Positions 50,728 to 63,994 are shown, counted from the whole stretch's first letter. The stretch is DNA of 63,994 bases, filler included, from Octopus bimaculoides (GCF_001194135.2; 8 parts of 8 records of this genome joined end to end with filler, not necessarily neighbours in it), one strand, 5' to 3'. The notes: generated by a model from the letters alone, not told the origin. Program-made: numbers and translations.

Positions 50728-51705
50728 ATCATCTTCCTCATCATTATTATCATCACCATCATCATCGTTATTATCGGCTCCATCATCTTTATTGTAGTCG
50801 CTATAGTTCTTTTGAGTTCATTGTATATCATTATAATGCCTCTCACTGCAACTGGCTCAGCCTAAATGGATTGAATGAAAATATTTCCTTGCATATTACT
50901 TTTCGCTAGAACAATTTGCAACGTTTAAATGTACAACATTTTGCCTTTGAGCGAAAAAAAAAATTAACACGTTATGAAGGGAAGTTGAAATTTTGTAGCT
51001 ATATACATTTCCGTCAAACACATTTCAATGTGCTTGTTTTTAATAAGGAGCTGATAAAATCTCCTTTATCATCAGCTACACTGATGCTACCACAACTATA
51101 AATAGAAACACCAGTCAGATACAAGACATAGATATTCAAAGATTTACAAACGCAGAAATCTAGCAATAATCTACGGCAAGCAAGCAACAGATATCCTCAA
51201 GCCTATACTCGATAAAATAAGGAAATTGCAAAATACAACAATAACAGGATTTTTATAACGGTGCCAATCTGAAAAGATATTGAACATACAGCAGTTTGAA
51301 AGAGAAACAAGACACAGAAGATGTGCTAGAGTTATGGTGCTTTCTTGCCCTGCTAATTTATACAAGAGTAAGCAATGAAAACTATTTCAGTGAACCTAAA
51401 AAGGAAAATCAATAGTTGTAGTAGCTGCATCTGTTTTGCAGAAAGACCTGGTTCTCATCATGCTAATAAACAGAACTGTGTTAGGCTGGCAAAACACACA
51501 TCTAAAACACACATACGTTAACAGTATAATGTCCTTTGCCAAATTTTGGTTTCAATATATAACTTTGTCCATTTCCTCGTATTTTTTCTTAGTTTTTGTT
51601 GTCTATATGTATATATAAATCTATGCATAAATGCCTGTATGTATGTATTTATGTATGTATGTATGTATGTATGTATGTATGTATGTATGTATGTATGTAT
51701 GTATG

Positions 51706-51750
<45 letters not shown>

Positions 51751-51811
51751 ATGTATATATATATATATAGATTGCTTTTAAAAATAGAATGAATTATTAT
51801 TGCCGTTGTTG

Positions 51812-51911
51812 NNNNNNNNNNNNNNNNNNNNNNNNNNNNNNNNNNNNNNNNNNNNTTAATTAATTAANNNNNNNNNNNNNNNNNNNNNNNNNNNNNNNNN
51901 NNNNNNNNNNN
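51812..51911. other. Artificial scaffold join 3
   Basis: Linker at 51856-51867. Confidence 0.95.
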
Positions 51912-52199
51912 ATATATATGCTTATATACAGAGGCAGCCAATCTATTATACACAGATACCCATTCAAATACACATACACACGTACTACATGCACACACAA
52001 AAACACACATATATACACACTAACATACATATAGACAAATATACGGGTGTATAAGTATATATGAATTTCACAGATATTATATAGTGACACATGCTCATAC
52101 ATATTTATATAGATACATATCTATATATGTGCATGTGTGTAAATACATATACATACATGTATATATGTGGGGGAGTCATTGTGTGTGTGCGTGTGTGTG

Positions 52200-52330
52200 T
52201 ATACAATGCAAGCTTCTTTCAGTTTGTCTCTGACAAATGCACACACAAGGCGTTGGTCAGCTGGGAGCTCTGTGAGAGAATATTTGTCCAGCCTACCACG
52301 CATTGGGACTGAACCCAGAACGAAATGCTT
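52200..52330 (-). mobile_element. SINE family A head fragment
   Basis: CTTCTTTCAGTTTGTCT..ACAAATGCACACACAAGGCGTTGGTCAGC...GGGACTGAACCCAGAAC. Confidence 0.7.
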
Positions 52331-52596
52331 CGGGAGAAATGATCTTAGTATAAAATCTATAAAGGAATCATAGCTACATGATATCATGAAGATATAATGC
52401 AGGCAATATATCGTTTCATATGAGATGAAAATAAAGACATTTTTATAGATTTTAATAGTCGTTACGTTGGAATCTATTGACAATTAAGTTTGGGCTCATC
52501 ATCAGACACATAAACGCGTGGAAGTTTTATGATATGTATGCATGTACATTTCTCTATCTATAAATGAAAATATATGAAATATATATACATATATGC

Positions 52597-52648
<52 letters not shown>

Positions 52649-53399
52649 NNNNNNNNNNNNNNNNNNNNNNNNNNNNNNNNNNNNNNNNNNNNNNNNNNNN
52701 NNNNNNNNNNNNNNNNNNNNNNNNNNNNNNNNNNNNNNNNNNNNNNNNNNNNNNNNNNNNNNNNNNNNNNNNNNNNNNNNNNNNNNNNNNNNNNNNNNNN
52801 NNNNNNNNNNNNNNNNNNNNNNNNNNNNNNNNNNNNNNNNNNNNNNNNNNNNNNNNNNNNNNNNNNNNNNNNNNNNNNNNNNNNNNNNNNNNNNNNNNNN
52901 NNNNNNNNNNNNNNNNNNNNNNNNNNNNNNNNNNNNNNNNNNNNNNNNNNNNNNNNNNNNNNNNNNNNNNNNNNNNNNNNNNNNNNNNNNNNNNNNNNNN
53001 NNNNNNNNNNNNNNNNNNNNNNNNNNNNNNNNNNNNNNNNNNNNNNNNNNNNNNNNNNNNNNNNNNNNNNNNNNNNNNNNNNNNNNNNNNNNNNNNNNNN
53101 NNNNNNNNNNNTATATATATATATATATATGTATGAGTGCGTGTTTGTCTATATCTATATATTCAATATGTTTTTCTTTAATTGCTTGTATAATATACAA
53201 TTCTCTCAATAAATATAAGCATATATAAGCGTACAGAGTATGTCTGTCGTTGGAGGAACATTATGCGTCTGTTTACAATTGTGACTATTTCGTATGCATA
53301 TCCACATGCATATACACTTATCATAGCCATGAGAGATTGACTGTGTGTGTATGTAGATATATATATATGTATATGTATATACACACACACACACACATA

Positions 53400-53446
<47 letters not shown>

Positions 53447-53638
53447 GTGTGTGTGTATGTGTGTGTGTAGGTGAGCGTGTGTTTGTATGAGTGTATGTTC
53501 TTGTGTGCGTCTGTGAGTTCAATTTCCACGTGTACTTAGAATGTCAATGTCAATAATGCAGTGCTAACATTGTAGACAGTTATGTGTGTGTGTGTGTATA
53601 TATATAAATGTGTGTGTGTGTATGTATGTATATATATA

Positions 53639-53762
53639 GAAGAAGAAGAAGAAGAAGAAGAAGAAGAAGAAGAAGAAGAAGAAGAAGAAGAAGAAGAAGA
53701 AGAAAAAGAAGAAGAAGAAGAAGAAGAAGAAGAAGAAGAAGAAGAAGAAGGAGAAGAAGAAG
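53639..53762. repeat. (GAA)n microsatellite
   Basis: Direct reading; source of the poly-E/poly-R pseudo-ORFs. Confidence 0.95.
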
Positions 53763-54249
53763 AACCATTATACTATTTGTAAGAACAAAAACGGCGATAA
53801 TACATAGTTTTGCAAAGTTTCAAAGATTGTATTTTATCGGTTCAAAACATGTTAAATCATTGACAGACATAAAGTATACGGTGGCGACAACGCACATTTA
53901 CACAAAGATATGTGTGGATTGTATGCGTGTGTGTGTGTGTGTGTGTTTCTGCGTGTGTATGTGCGGGTATGCATAGTATATGTACGCATACACATGCACA
54001 TATGTATATATGAATGTGTACTTATCCGCACAAGGAGAGACAATGTTACAAAATTAGGTACATAAATACACACTACATTTAAACTATAAATACAATATAA
54101 TATAGACATATATATATGAATATGTATGTAAATAGTTCCATATAGTCATATACATAGATAAACAAGAAGACATGTATGAAAATATTCAGACATACACAAA
54201 TATATGCATGTATACAGACATATTAAATATATATATGTATATATGTATG

Positions 54250-54349
54250 NNNNNNNNNNNNNNNNNNNNNNNNNNNNNNNNNNNNNNNNNNNNTTAATTA
54301 ATTAANNNNNNNNNNNNNNNNNNNNNNNNNNNNNNNNNNNNNNNNNNNN
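54250..54349. other. Artificial scaffold join 4
   Basis: Linker at 54294-54305. Confidence 0.95.
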
Positions 54350-54383
<34 letters not shown>

Positions 54384-55201
54384 TATATTATATTATATTA
54401 TGTATAATATATATACACACATGCACACACTCATACATACACATATACATAACTATATACAGACTTACATACCTCACCATACTTTTAATATGGTGTCGGT
54501 GACGGTGGTGCTGGTGTTGGCAGCGCGGCGGCGGCGGCGGCGGCGATGCCTCAGCGATCTGTTTTGTGCCTAACAATAAATGTGCCCTAGACTGTTGACA
54601 GTAGAGCGAACCGAGTTGCTTACTTTGTCATGCACAGCAGATATGCAGCAGAGGAACAGCAGAAAAGCAGTGGAGAAACAGCGGGACGAGGAGAGAGAGC
54701 AGGCGTAAAACACATTGATGCGCTGTTCTTAAATTATACTGCAATGATTCACCTCAATAAGCAGACGATTTGGTTGGTTCAATGTGTTCCCCTACTTGAA
54801 CTGTTAGCACAGGTTCGAGTTCTGTAAATAGTACGGTTCTGCTATTCTTGGCAAAATGGGGGTTACATATTCGCTGAAAGGATTATTTTTAGAGGAAAAC
54901 GTTTGGGTAATGTGAATAATTTTGTTGATTATAATGATTGTGGTTAGCGGTGATAGTTGTACTTATAGATAGATAGACACAGAGAGAGACAGACAGACAG
55001 ACGTGGTATTTAGCTATCTTTGCTATCCTTGCTGTTATTGTTGTTGCTGCTGTTTTGGTGGTGATCGTTGCTGATGTATTAGAAATAGACATAGTTTAAA
55101 AACATCTGCCGAGTTGTGTGCATTTTGAAACGCAACTACGTATATGTACACATGATACGCATGCGTGTATATGTGCGTGTCTCTATAACATACATGCATT
55201 A

Positions 55202-55246
<45 letters not shown>

Positions 55247-55444
55247 GTGTATGTATGTATGTATGTATGTATGTATGTATATACGAATGAGTGGACAAAC
55301 GAAAGACGCACCCAACACATTTAATAGGGGTTATTTTATTTTCTAAAACAGTTTGATTCGGCTCTATGCGACTTAAAGTTTCGTCGGCTTCTGACGGAGA
55401 CCAATCTTACTCAGGCTCATCACACGGTAAACCTAGTTGATCAA

Positions 55445-55518
<74 letters not shown>

Positions 55519-55522
<4 letters not shown>

Positions 55523-55890
55523 GTAAATCCTCGAGTATAGTCCGCCCTTGAGTATAATACGCAGGGGATTTTTAGGGGGCAGTACCTCTGAAAAACCTAA
55601 ACCTTGTGTATAATACGCACCCCTACTCTAACTTGAGTCAAGGAGATCTATATAACATCCTTCGTTTGTAAACATATATATAAGGTAACGTCCTTTATTA
55701 TTGTGTATATAACATAATGCAAACGTGTAGCATGTTTGTGCACTTTGTTGGCAGAAAATAAAGAAACAACAGTAATAACGTCAGTGACAAATAAATATTA
55801 AGTAAATTGCCTTTATATATTTATCACTTAGAAAATTTTGCTTAGAAAATGTTTTTCATTTTTAACCTCGTATATAGTACGCACTAGAAT
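55519..55890 (+). mobile_element. Tc1/mariner-superfamily (Tc2/pogo-like) MITE, left end only
   Basis: Starts TACCGTAAATCCTCGAGTATAGTCCGC within (TA)n, with subterminal GTATA(A/G)T(A/C)CGC repeats at about 55535, 55552, 55607 and 55873; no right TIR. Confidence 0.5.
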
Positions 55891-56059
55891 TTTGACCTTT
55901 ACTTACCACACAGCCACTCTATATACATATATATTCTTTTATTGTTATTCTTTTATATGTATCAGCCTTGAGGATGCGGCCATGCTGGGGCACCGCCATT
56001 ATATACAAGATATACTATAATATAATATAATATAATATAATATATATATATATAAATTT

Positions 56060-56230
56060 TAGCGCAAGGCCAGAGATTTTGGGGAGCGGTTAAGTCTATC
56101 ACATTGACTCCTGTTTTCAGCTGGTCTTTATTTTATCGACCCCGAAAGGATGAAAGGCAAAGTGAACGTCAACGTAATTTGAACTCAGACCGTAAAGACG
56201 GACGAAATGCCGTTAACGATTCCGCCAACC
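56060..56230 (-). mobile_element. SINE family B
   Basis: TTATTTTATCGACCCCGAAAGGATGAAAGGCAAAG...ATTTGAACTCAGACCGTAAAGACGGACGAAAT. Confidence 0.8.
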
Positions 56231-56742
56231 TGCTGCCTGAGTACAAGTTACCATTACTTTCAAAAATAGCTATAACTGTTTCTTTTTTTTATATTTTTGT
56301 TGTTTCTTCATATATAAAAAAAGAACAAAGCTCAAGACTCCCTTTTTTTCTTTTTCATGCAGAACGAAACAAATTTAGAAGTTAGACGCATCTAAATCTG
56401 ACTGTTCTTCTTTCTTCATTCTGACGTAACACAAAAACGGAGGCATCTTCCTTGGCAGACAGCAAGTTCTGTCTTTAAAAACAGAAACATGATTCAAGAG
56501 TTTGGTCATTGCTTATTTCGGAATTCTGGAGTTGAGGGGTGGTCAGGTGGGGGCTGAAAGAAAGGGGAATCTAAGTTTATTGCTTGTTTCTCGTTTGATC
56601 TCTTCGGTAAACATACATAACACACATTGGCACGTGCGCGCGTTGTGTACGCTTGCGCACGCGCAAGCACACACATGCACACATGTAGACATACACACGT
56701 ATATGCTAGTATGTATTTATGTATGTGTGTGTATGTGTGTAT

Positions 56743-56778
<36 letters not shown>

Positions 56779-57364
56779 GTATATACATACGTGTGTGTGT
56801 TGTGTGTGTGTATGTGTGTGTGTGTGTGTATGTGTGTGTGTGTGTGTACACACACGGTAACAAAATACGTAATCTGCAATTAGTTTGAGCGAGGTATTTT
56901 TCACCAGTAGTGCTCAACTGATGTTCATACAAATTATGGATTTTGGGGTGTCACGATATAAGTCCATGCAGTGAAAGAATGAACGGAAGCAGTTAATTTC
57001 TAATATACGATATAAAAGAAATGTGTCTGGTCTTACCGTGTAGCATGTCACCTTCGAGATAATATTCTGTTCCGACAACTGTGTTTCTCATCAGGCGGTG
57101 TTGAAAAACACAAAATCCCTCGGTATAAGTCATGTGGGATTGTATATAAAGCTGTCTGAAATAAAGGAATATTCCGGAAAACAGACACTTTTACTTCGAA
57201 CAAAATGATATGGATGTATGTTTTTCTTTGAAACTTATTGGAATTTTTTACAGAATTCAGTCACGTCCTTAATAAAAATGGCAGAGATTTTTGTTTGAGT
57301 CGAGACACTTCTACAGGTTTCTGAATATGCGTATAAGTGACCTGAACGGGGACCCAGCTCTTTT

Positions 57365-58040
<676 letters not shown>

Positions 58041-58995
58041 AACGTTAATAGAAACGTTAAGATTCTTGTTGTTTTTCGGTTTTTGGAACATCAGTTCTGT
58101 TTTTCCTTCTCCATTATTCGCTGCCTTTCAACCCGTAACTTCATTACAACTAAATAACTGATCTCTATAAATTTCGGTATTTAAGTAACATTAATTTATG
58201 AATTTATGAATTTATTTTGTCATTGATTGTTGGCTAAACTACCTTCATTTGTCTGGGATGCGCATTTATTTGTTTATACCGTCTTCTGTTAATGAGTTGA
58301 CCATTTGTTTCAATTTGATTTATTCCATTGTTTCTAATTTAGTGATTATCTGATTATGGCCATCTTTGTATATTAATTATTTCTTTTCCGTTTCTTTCCT
58401 CTCCTTTTCCTCCCATTCCCTCTGAAATTCGCAGAGACCTTCGCTAATCTGCTCTTTTCCCTGGATTATAATTAAGTGGGTCTCTATTAAAGCTAATATT
58501 CTATTAGCTCTGCAATATTTAATCAGCACATTTTAATCCAGACGAATTAAGTAAATGAATAAGTAACGCTGGAATTTATTAGCCATGTTACTCTTTAATG
58601 TGTAACACAATATAACACAGTAAATTCGGTTTTTTTTTTTAGAACCACGCCGTTACTTGTCTTAGAACCTCTTTTGAGGGTGTCAAATGTCATGCTTGAC
58701 CCCAGCTGTCTGCTGGTATACAAGTATGCTTTGCCAATACCAGTCTTTATGAGCGAGGTTGCTAAGTTTAATGATATAGAAATTTCTCTTGTTGATGATC
58801 TCTCGGTTAATCAACATGTCACTGCTAGCGTTGCTTATTTGGTAAACCTGATGAGTTGGGAGTTGTGTAACGTTCCATGAGCTTATAGATGTTGTGCATA
58901 CTGCATGCCTGACGGTATCTTGTTTACGTCAGAATAAAGACTCTTAACGAAGCAATTGTAGTAGTACCAGATAATCTATTTCTCTATTGTGTATG

Positions 58996-59395
<400 letters not shown>

Positions 59396-59661
59396 GCTTG
59401 TAAAGATGACAAAAGGTAGATAATATATGGTAAATAGGGTTTATTAACATCATAAGTAACACACTTCGTCCCATATTGAAATGAAAAGAAATTTCCAGAA
59501 GCTGTCAGTCACCACACAGCTCACGGCTTTGCAACTAAAGTTGTTAAGAAGGCAAATAAAAATCTGAGAATGTAGTGTGCCGTTTAAAGCCTGTTTATTG
59601 TATTCGGCTACCTGGTGTCATCAACAGGATGGATTTAAATGCCACTAGATTTACTTCAGGA

Positions 59662-59711
<50 letters not shown>

Positions 59712-59811
59712 NNNNNNNNNNNNNNNNNNNNNNNNNNNNNNNNNNNNNNNNNNNNTTAATTAATTAANNNNNNNNNNNNNNNNNNNNNNNNNNNNNNNNN
59801 NNNNNNNNNNN
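59712..59811. other. Artificial scaffold join 5
   Basis: Linker at 59756-59767. Confidence 0.95.
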
Positions 59812-59819
59812 TCTCTTTA

Positions 59820-59848
59820 ACCCGGGCAAAGCCGGGTATTTCTGCTAG
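59820..59848 (+). mobile_element. Helitron 3' terminus
   Basis: Hairpin ACCCGGGCAAAGCCGGGT, then CTAG|T at 59845-59849; same terminus type as at 46883. Confidence 0.65.
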
Positions 59849-59866
59849 TATTATATAAATAGAGGA

Positions 59867-60253
59867 ATTTATCTGTAAATAATATGTGACAATTATTTGG
59901 TAACCATGATAAAAATAAAATCATAATATAAACAATTTAATACAAGAAATAATAATTTCTTAAAGTATGTGTTAATCCCCATGTATCCAAACTTTGTGGA
60001 CACCCTGTACTATACTAATGATGGATGTGAGCAATGTGTTTTATATCTCTTTTATCCAGAATCGCATATATAGTTAATCAAAGCTGGGTGTATTCGTTAT
60101 TCTTTCTCTTTGCCTGCATGAGTTGAGAGTATTGCTGTCTGTGAGATATATTAAGGTAGTAGAATAGTATTTAATTGCTATTTCTAAAATTTTCGAAACT
60201 TGGAGTATTATCATGGCTACTAAATAATTGTCACATATTATTTACAGATAAAT
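59867..60253. repeat. Inverted repeat pair (32 bp perfect, ~46 bp in total)
   Basis: ATTTATCTGTAAATAATATGTGACAATTATTT at 59867-59898 is the exact reverse complement of 60222-60253; it extends inward with 12 of 14 matches. Confidence 0.9.
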
Positions 60254-60267
60254 AAATATATATCAAT

Positions 60268-61430
60268 TTAATACCAGGAAACCAGCACATTAAAAGAATC
60301 AGAAGGTTCAGAAAAAAATTTTGCTAAATTGAAGGGGTGTTTTGGGTGGCATGAGCTGAATAGGAGGTATTGTTGTGAATCTGTAGGTTTGTGGTAGATG
60401 TCGGTTGTGATTTGGTTATTAGGTGTTTTTATAATTAAGAGATCAAGAAAAGGGAGATGATGTTTGCTGAATTCCATAGTGAATTGAATGCTGGGATGTA
60501 TGTTGTTAAGTATGGTTTTGAATTCTAGAAGTTTTTCATAGGATTCCTTTTATATGATGAAACAATCATCTAAGTATCTTTTCCAGTTTTACATTAAGTA
60601 GATGTGGAAAAGGTGTCCAAATTTCTGGCGTGAGATTTCATATAGTGATAATTCAAAAAAACCCATTATGAGGTTCGCAAGGACTGGTGCAGCTTTGGTA
60701 CCCAACGCGATACCACATTTTTGGCGAAAGTATGTGTTTGCAAACAGGAAGTAATTATTGGTCAGAATGAACTTAAGTGATTCTGTGATGAAGGTTGTGC
60801 TGATGCGATTAGGAAATGCTTCTGGATGTTTCTGCAGCCAGAATTTAATTGCCTCAATAGCATATTCATGAGGGATATTTGTATATAGGTTGATCATGTC
60901 AAAAGAAACCAAGAGTGCCTCCTTGTTTGTTGTTTTCGGGAGGTGCTTGAGCATGTCAAGATCATCTCTAATGAAACTTTTGATGTGACTTAGGAAAGGT
61001 TTCAAAAGAATGTCCAGGAAATTGCTTAAGCGGTGTGTTTCGCAGGAAGTGCCTGCTATAATGGGTCTTAGTTTTAAATCTTCCGGTGCCTTGATGTTGA
61101 TGTAGATGTCAGAGGAGAGTTTGCAGGCTTCGGTGATGGATTTGTTTTTATGGATTTTAGGGAGGCCATAGAACAGGCTGGACTTGCATTTGAAATTAAT
61201 GATATAATCCTTTTCTTTGTCCGTGAGTCCTTGACCATGTTGGGGTATAAGGGTGGTGAGGTTTTTGAGAGTTTTTTGTTGTTTATAGTTAGTGATAATT
61301 TCATAGAAAGAGTTGTCATTTAGTAAGGAGAGTATTAGGTGTTTGTAAAAATCTGTGTCCATTAGGACTACAGTACTACCTTTGTCAGCTTATTTGATAG
61401 TAAAGTTTGCTATTAAAGTTTGATTTGACC
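60268..61430 (-). mobile_element. Penelope-like reverse transcriptase (truncated, premature stops, no frameshift)
   Basis: IK*ADKGSTVVLMD; FYGLPKIHK; LRPIIAG; SFDMINLYTNIP; GIALGTKAAPVLANLIMG; WKRYLDDCF (YLDD at 60565-60576); NNIHPSIQFTME; LPFLDL; DIYHKPTD..QYL...SCHPKH. Confidence 0.92.
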
Positions 61431-61474
61431 TTGGTTTTGGGTGGGGTAAAAGAGAAACATACATATATATATAT

Positions 61475-61574
61475 NNNNNNNNNNNNNNNNNNNNNNNNNN
61501 NNNNNNNNNNNNNNNNNNTTAATTAATTAANNNNNNNNNNNNNNNNNNNNNNNNNNNNNNNNNNNNNNNNNNNN
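61475..61574. other. Artificial scaffold join 6
   Basis: Linker at 61519-61530. Confidence 0.95.
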
Positions 61575-61617
<43 letters not shown>

Positions 61618-61789
61618 TAAGCACACATATGCATATATATGTGTGTGCGTATATATATATATACATACATATATATATATATATATGTGTGCATGTGTGT
61701 TTATATGTATGTGCGTGTGTATACATGCATACATACTTACATAGATACATATATACATACATATATACATATGTAATTGACAATGTTTT

Positions 61790-61990
61790 TGTGTTTGACC
61801 ATCACTACCACTTGACAACTGTGTTGGTTTGTTTACGTCTCTTGTAAGTGAGTAATTCGGTAAAAAAGAAAACAAAAACGATACAGAAAGTGCCAAACGT
61901 AAAACTATGCACTGGACTTGATTTGTTTGACTCAACACTTCAAGCAGTGCTCCAACGTGGCCGCAGACCAATAACTGAAACAAATAGGAG
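61790..61990 (+). mobile_element. SINE family A tail
   Basis: CTTGACAAC..TGTTGG..TGTTTACGTC...ACTCAACACTTCAAG..GTGCTCCAACGTGGCCGCAG..AATAACTGAAACAA. Confidence 0.75.
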
Positions 61991-62639
61991 AGTAAAAGCA
62001 TTAATATATACCACGCTTCATCACAGATGTTGGGCAGTGATTAATATCAACGAGATTTTCTGCAATTAATCTTATTGAAATTTAAAGGAAACTTATAGAA
62101 CATGGGACTGATTCAATCTTCGTTAGCTTATGTCGTGCCCAGGACTCGTTCAATGTTTGCTTTCATAGTAGAGACTGAATCTTTTTTTTTTTTCTTTGCA
62201 TAATTGGATTAATTAGATTTGTGTAGGTGTTCTGTTCAGATAAATACATAGTATCTTGTAATGCTATTTGACGCTTGCTTAATTAAGGTTTTTTTAACGG
62301 ATTACTTTCATAGTTTGATAGTAATAAAGTGTTAGTTTGGTCATTACTTACACATTCTAATATTTAATATCTCTCTCTTTAATATATCTCTGAAATGATA
62401 ATTACATATAATACAGGGTCACAGTTAAACAATGTAGCGGGTTGAAAAACTTCGATCAGCCGAGGTTATCCAAGCAGTCAGTAGACAAAAACTCCCACTA
62501 AAACTGCTTAAAATGTTAAAATGATAACCAAGAGAGAAAGAGAGAATTCCAATACGATGGAATTTTTGGAACAATATGGACGATAGAGACTGAAATGAGT
62601 TTTAGTAGGGGCATTTTCCTTGTCCTTGTTACCCTACCA

Positions 62640-62756
62640 TGTGACCCTCGGTCCAGTTCCACTGCGTGACACCTTCGGCAAGTGTTTTCTAGTATAGCTC
62701 CAGACTGACCAAAGCATTGTGAGTAAATTTGGTAAATAGAAACTGAAAGAAACTCG

Positions 62757-62760
<4 letters not shown>
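62640..62760 (+). mobile_element. SINE family A head
   Basis: GGTCCAGTTCCACTGCGTGACACCTTCGGCAAGTG..TTCTAGTATAGC...GACCAAAGC.TTGTGAGT. Confidence 0.8.
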
Positions 62761-62792
<32 letters not shown>

Positions 62793-62825
62793 GCGTGCGT
62801 GTGCGTGTGTGTGTGTGTGTGCGTG

Positions 62826-62925
62826 NNNNNNNNNNNNNNNNNNNNNNNNNNNNNNNNNNNNNNNNNNNNTTAATTAATTAANNNNNNNNNNNNNNNNNNN
62901 NNNNNNNNNNNNNNNNNNNNNNNNN
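62826..62925. other. Artificial scaffold join 7
   Basis: Linker at 62870-62881. Confidence 0.95.
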
Positions 62926-63429
62926 GTATGTATGAATGTATGTATGTATGTATGCATGCATGTATGTATGTATGTATGTATGTATGTATGTATGTATGTA
63001 TGAATGTATGTATGTATGTATGTATGTATGCATGCATGTATGTATGTATCTTTTGCTGTTCAACTATGTCTCACCCTTTTTTTCTTTGAAGATATGAACT
63101 GGACCACAATAGGTATAAATTCTAAGCCCACCTCTGGTAGGAAAACTTGCAATTCTCAGGTCTCCTAACTCAGTCAACATGATGCGTTCTGTTTACACTA
63201 TAATGTAGTATATAAATACTGGGTAGCAACACCATGTTTCTACTAGGCTAGCATCTACATTGGTGGCACATAAATATCTATATGCTTGTATATATGTGTT
63301 TATTTTCTGAATATATACATATACTGTGTATGTGTATTTATATATATATATAGAGAGAGAGAGAGAGACATATAAGACTACTTTCATGTCCTCTTTACCC
63401 CTCTCATTACTGTCCCTTAATCTGGATGG

Positions 63430-63625
63430 TGTATGAGAGTGAGGTAATTCTACTTATGAATTTGGGACTTATCATAAATAGATTAATAGTTACATTTGTC
63501 TCTGCCTATGTTCCACAGGCTGGGCTGGCTGATGACTAGAAGGACCAATTCTATGGGATCCTTCTGCAGACTACCTCAATAATATGTCTGCATGGAAGAC
63601 GGATGTTAAACAATGTTGATGATGG
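63430..63625 (+). mobile_element. RTE-clade LINE deletion derivative (AP-endonuclease fragment joined to a 3' tail-like sequence)
   Basis: Translation IVTFVSAYVPQAGLADD*KDQFYGILLQTTS (RTE endonuclease motif SAYAPQ.G....K..FY), immediately followed by GTCTGCATGGAAGACGGATGTTAAACAATG(TTG)ATGATG. Confidence 0.6.
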
Positions 63626-63850
63626 TGTATATATGTATATTTCTATACATCAAGCCTAATTGTGTTTATCTGCATCACTATCTCCATATCAGCTCACCTG
63701 GTTTTCTCTTATAGCCACTCTTTACCCCATGGACCGAGCCCTCAATTAAGACTTTGGAGATTAAGTTCAAATCATTAGAGAACTAGTACATGTTTTCTAT
63801 ATTGAGCATCTGTAAACCTCACATAATGACTGTGTATGTGTACATACACA

Positions 63851-63881
<31 letters not shown>

Positions 63882-63994
63882 GAGGAAATACCCAAAAGAA
63901 GCCAGAATTTTGCAATGTTATTTTATTCACTTAGTTTACACTTTTATTGCCTTGAAGGTAATCTCCATTTGAAGCAATACATCAGTTCAGAAGC

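Noticed and set aside
53280-53335. Minus-strand ATGATAAG...CGAAATAGTC hammerhead-like string
   Set aside because: Two mismatches in the first box and no stem I.
57050-57100. Minus-strand CTGATGAGA...TCTCGAAG hammerhead-like string
   Set aside because: The GAAA box is mutated and the stems cannot be formed consistently.
61519-61530. TTAATTAATTAA as a recurring biological motif; ORFs appearing to end at it
   Set aside because: It is a synthetic linker, always centred in a 100-bp N block.

Overview
Repeat-dominated, AT-rich, gap-riddled eukaryotic DNA. I infer a coleoid cephalopod, most likely Octopus, from the SINE families and the extreme microsatellite load. I could not identify any host protein-coding gene. 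Most long ORFs in the supplied track are microsatellite or N-gap read-through artefacts. The real coding signal comes from retroelements: two CR1-like LINE RT fragments, a decayed L2/CR1-type RT, an RTE RT fragment and an RTE deletion derivative, a Penelope-like RT and a Penelope-like GIY-YIG fragment, and several R4/Dong-like restriction-endonuclease LINE 3' fragments sitting in (TAA)n microsatellites. Three tRNA-derived SINE families occur in many copies, along with Helitron termini and Tc1/mariner and hAT ends. Seven artificial 100-bp joins (44 N + TTAATTAATTAA + 44 N) split the window into eight separately assembled pieces. The most interesting observations are: (i) a (TAA)n-associated R4/Dong-like cluster with reiterated 5' junctions, a possible A-to-G (ADAR-like) signature and a putative non-coding partner element; (ii) two degenerate minimal hammerhead ribozyme motifs of the Penelope type; (iii) a non-autonomous Helitron with both ends visible; (iv) a ~152-bp tandem repeat; (v) a 46-bp inverted repeat at a Penelope-like 3' end. 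All family assignments come from motif recognition by eye, not from database searches, and most boundaries are approximate.
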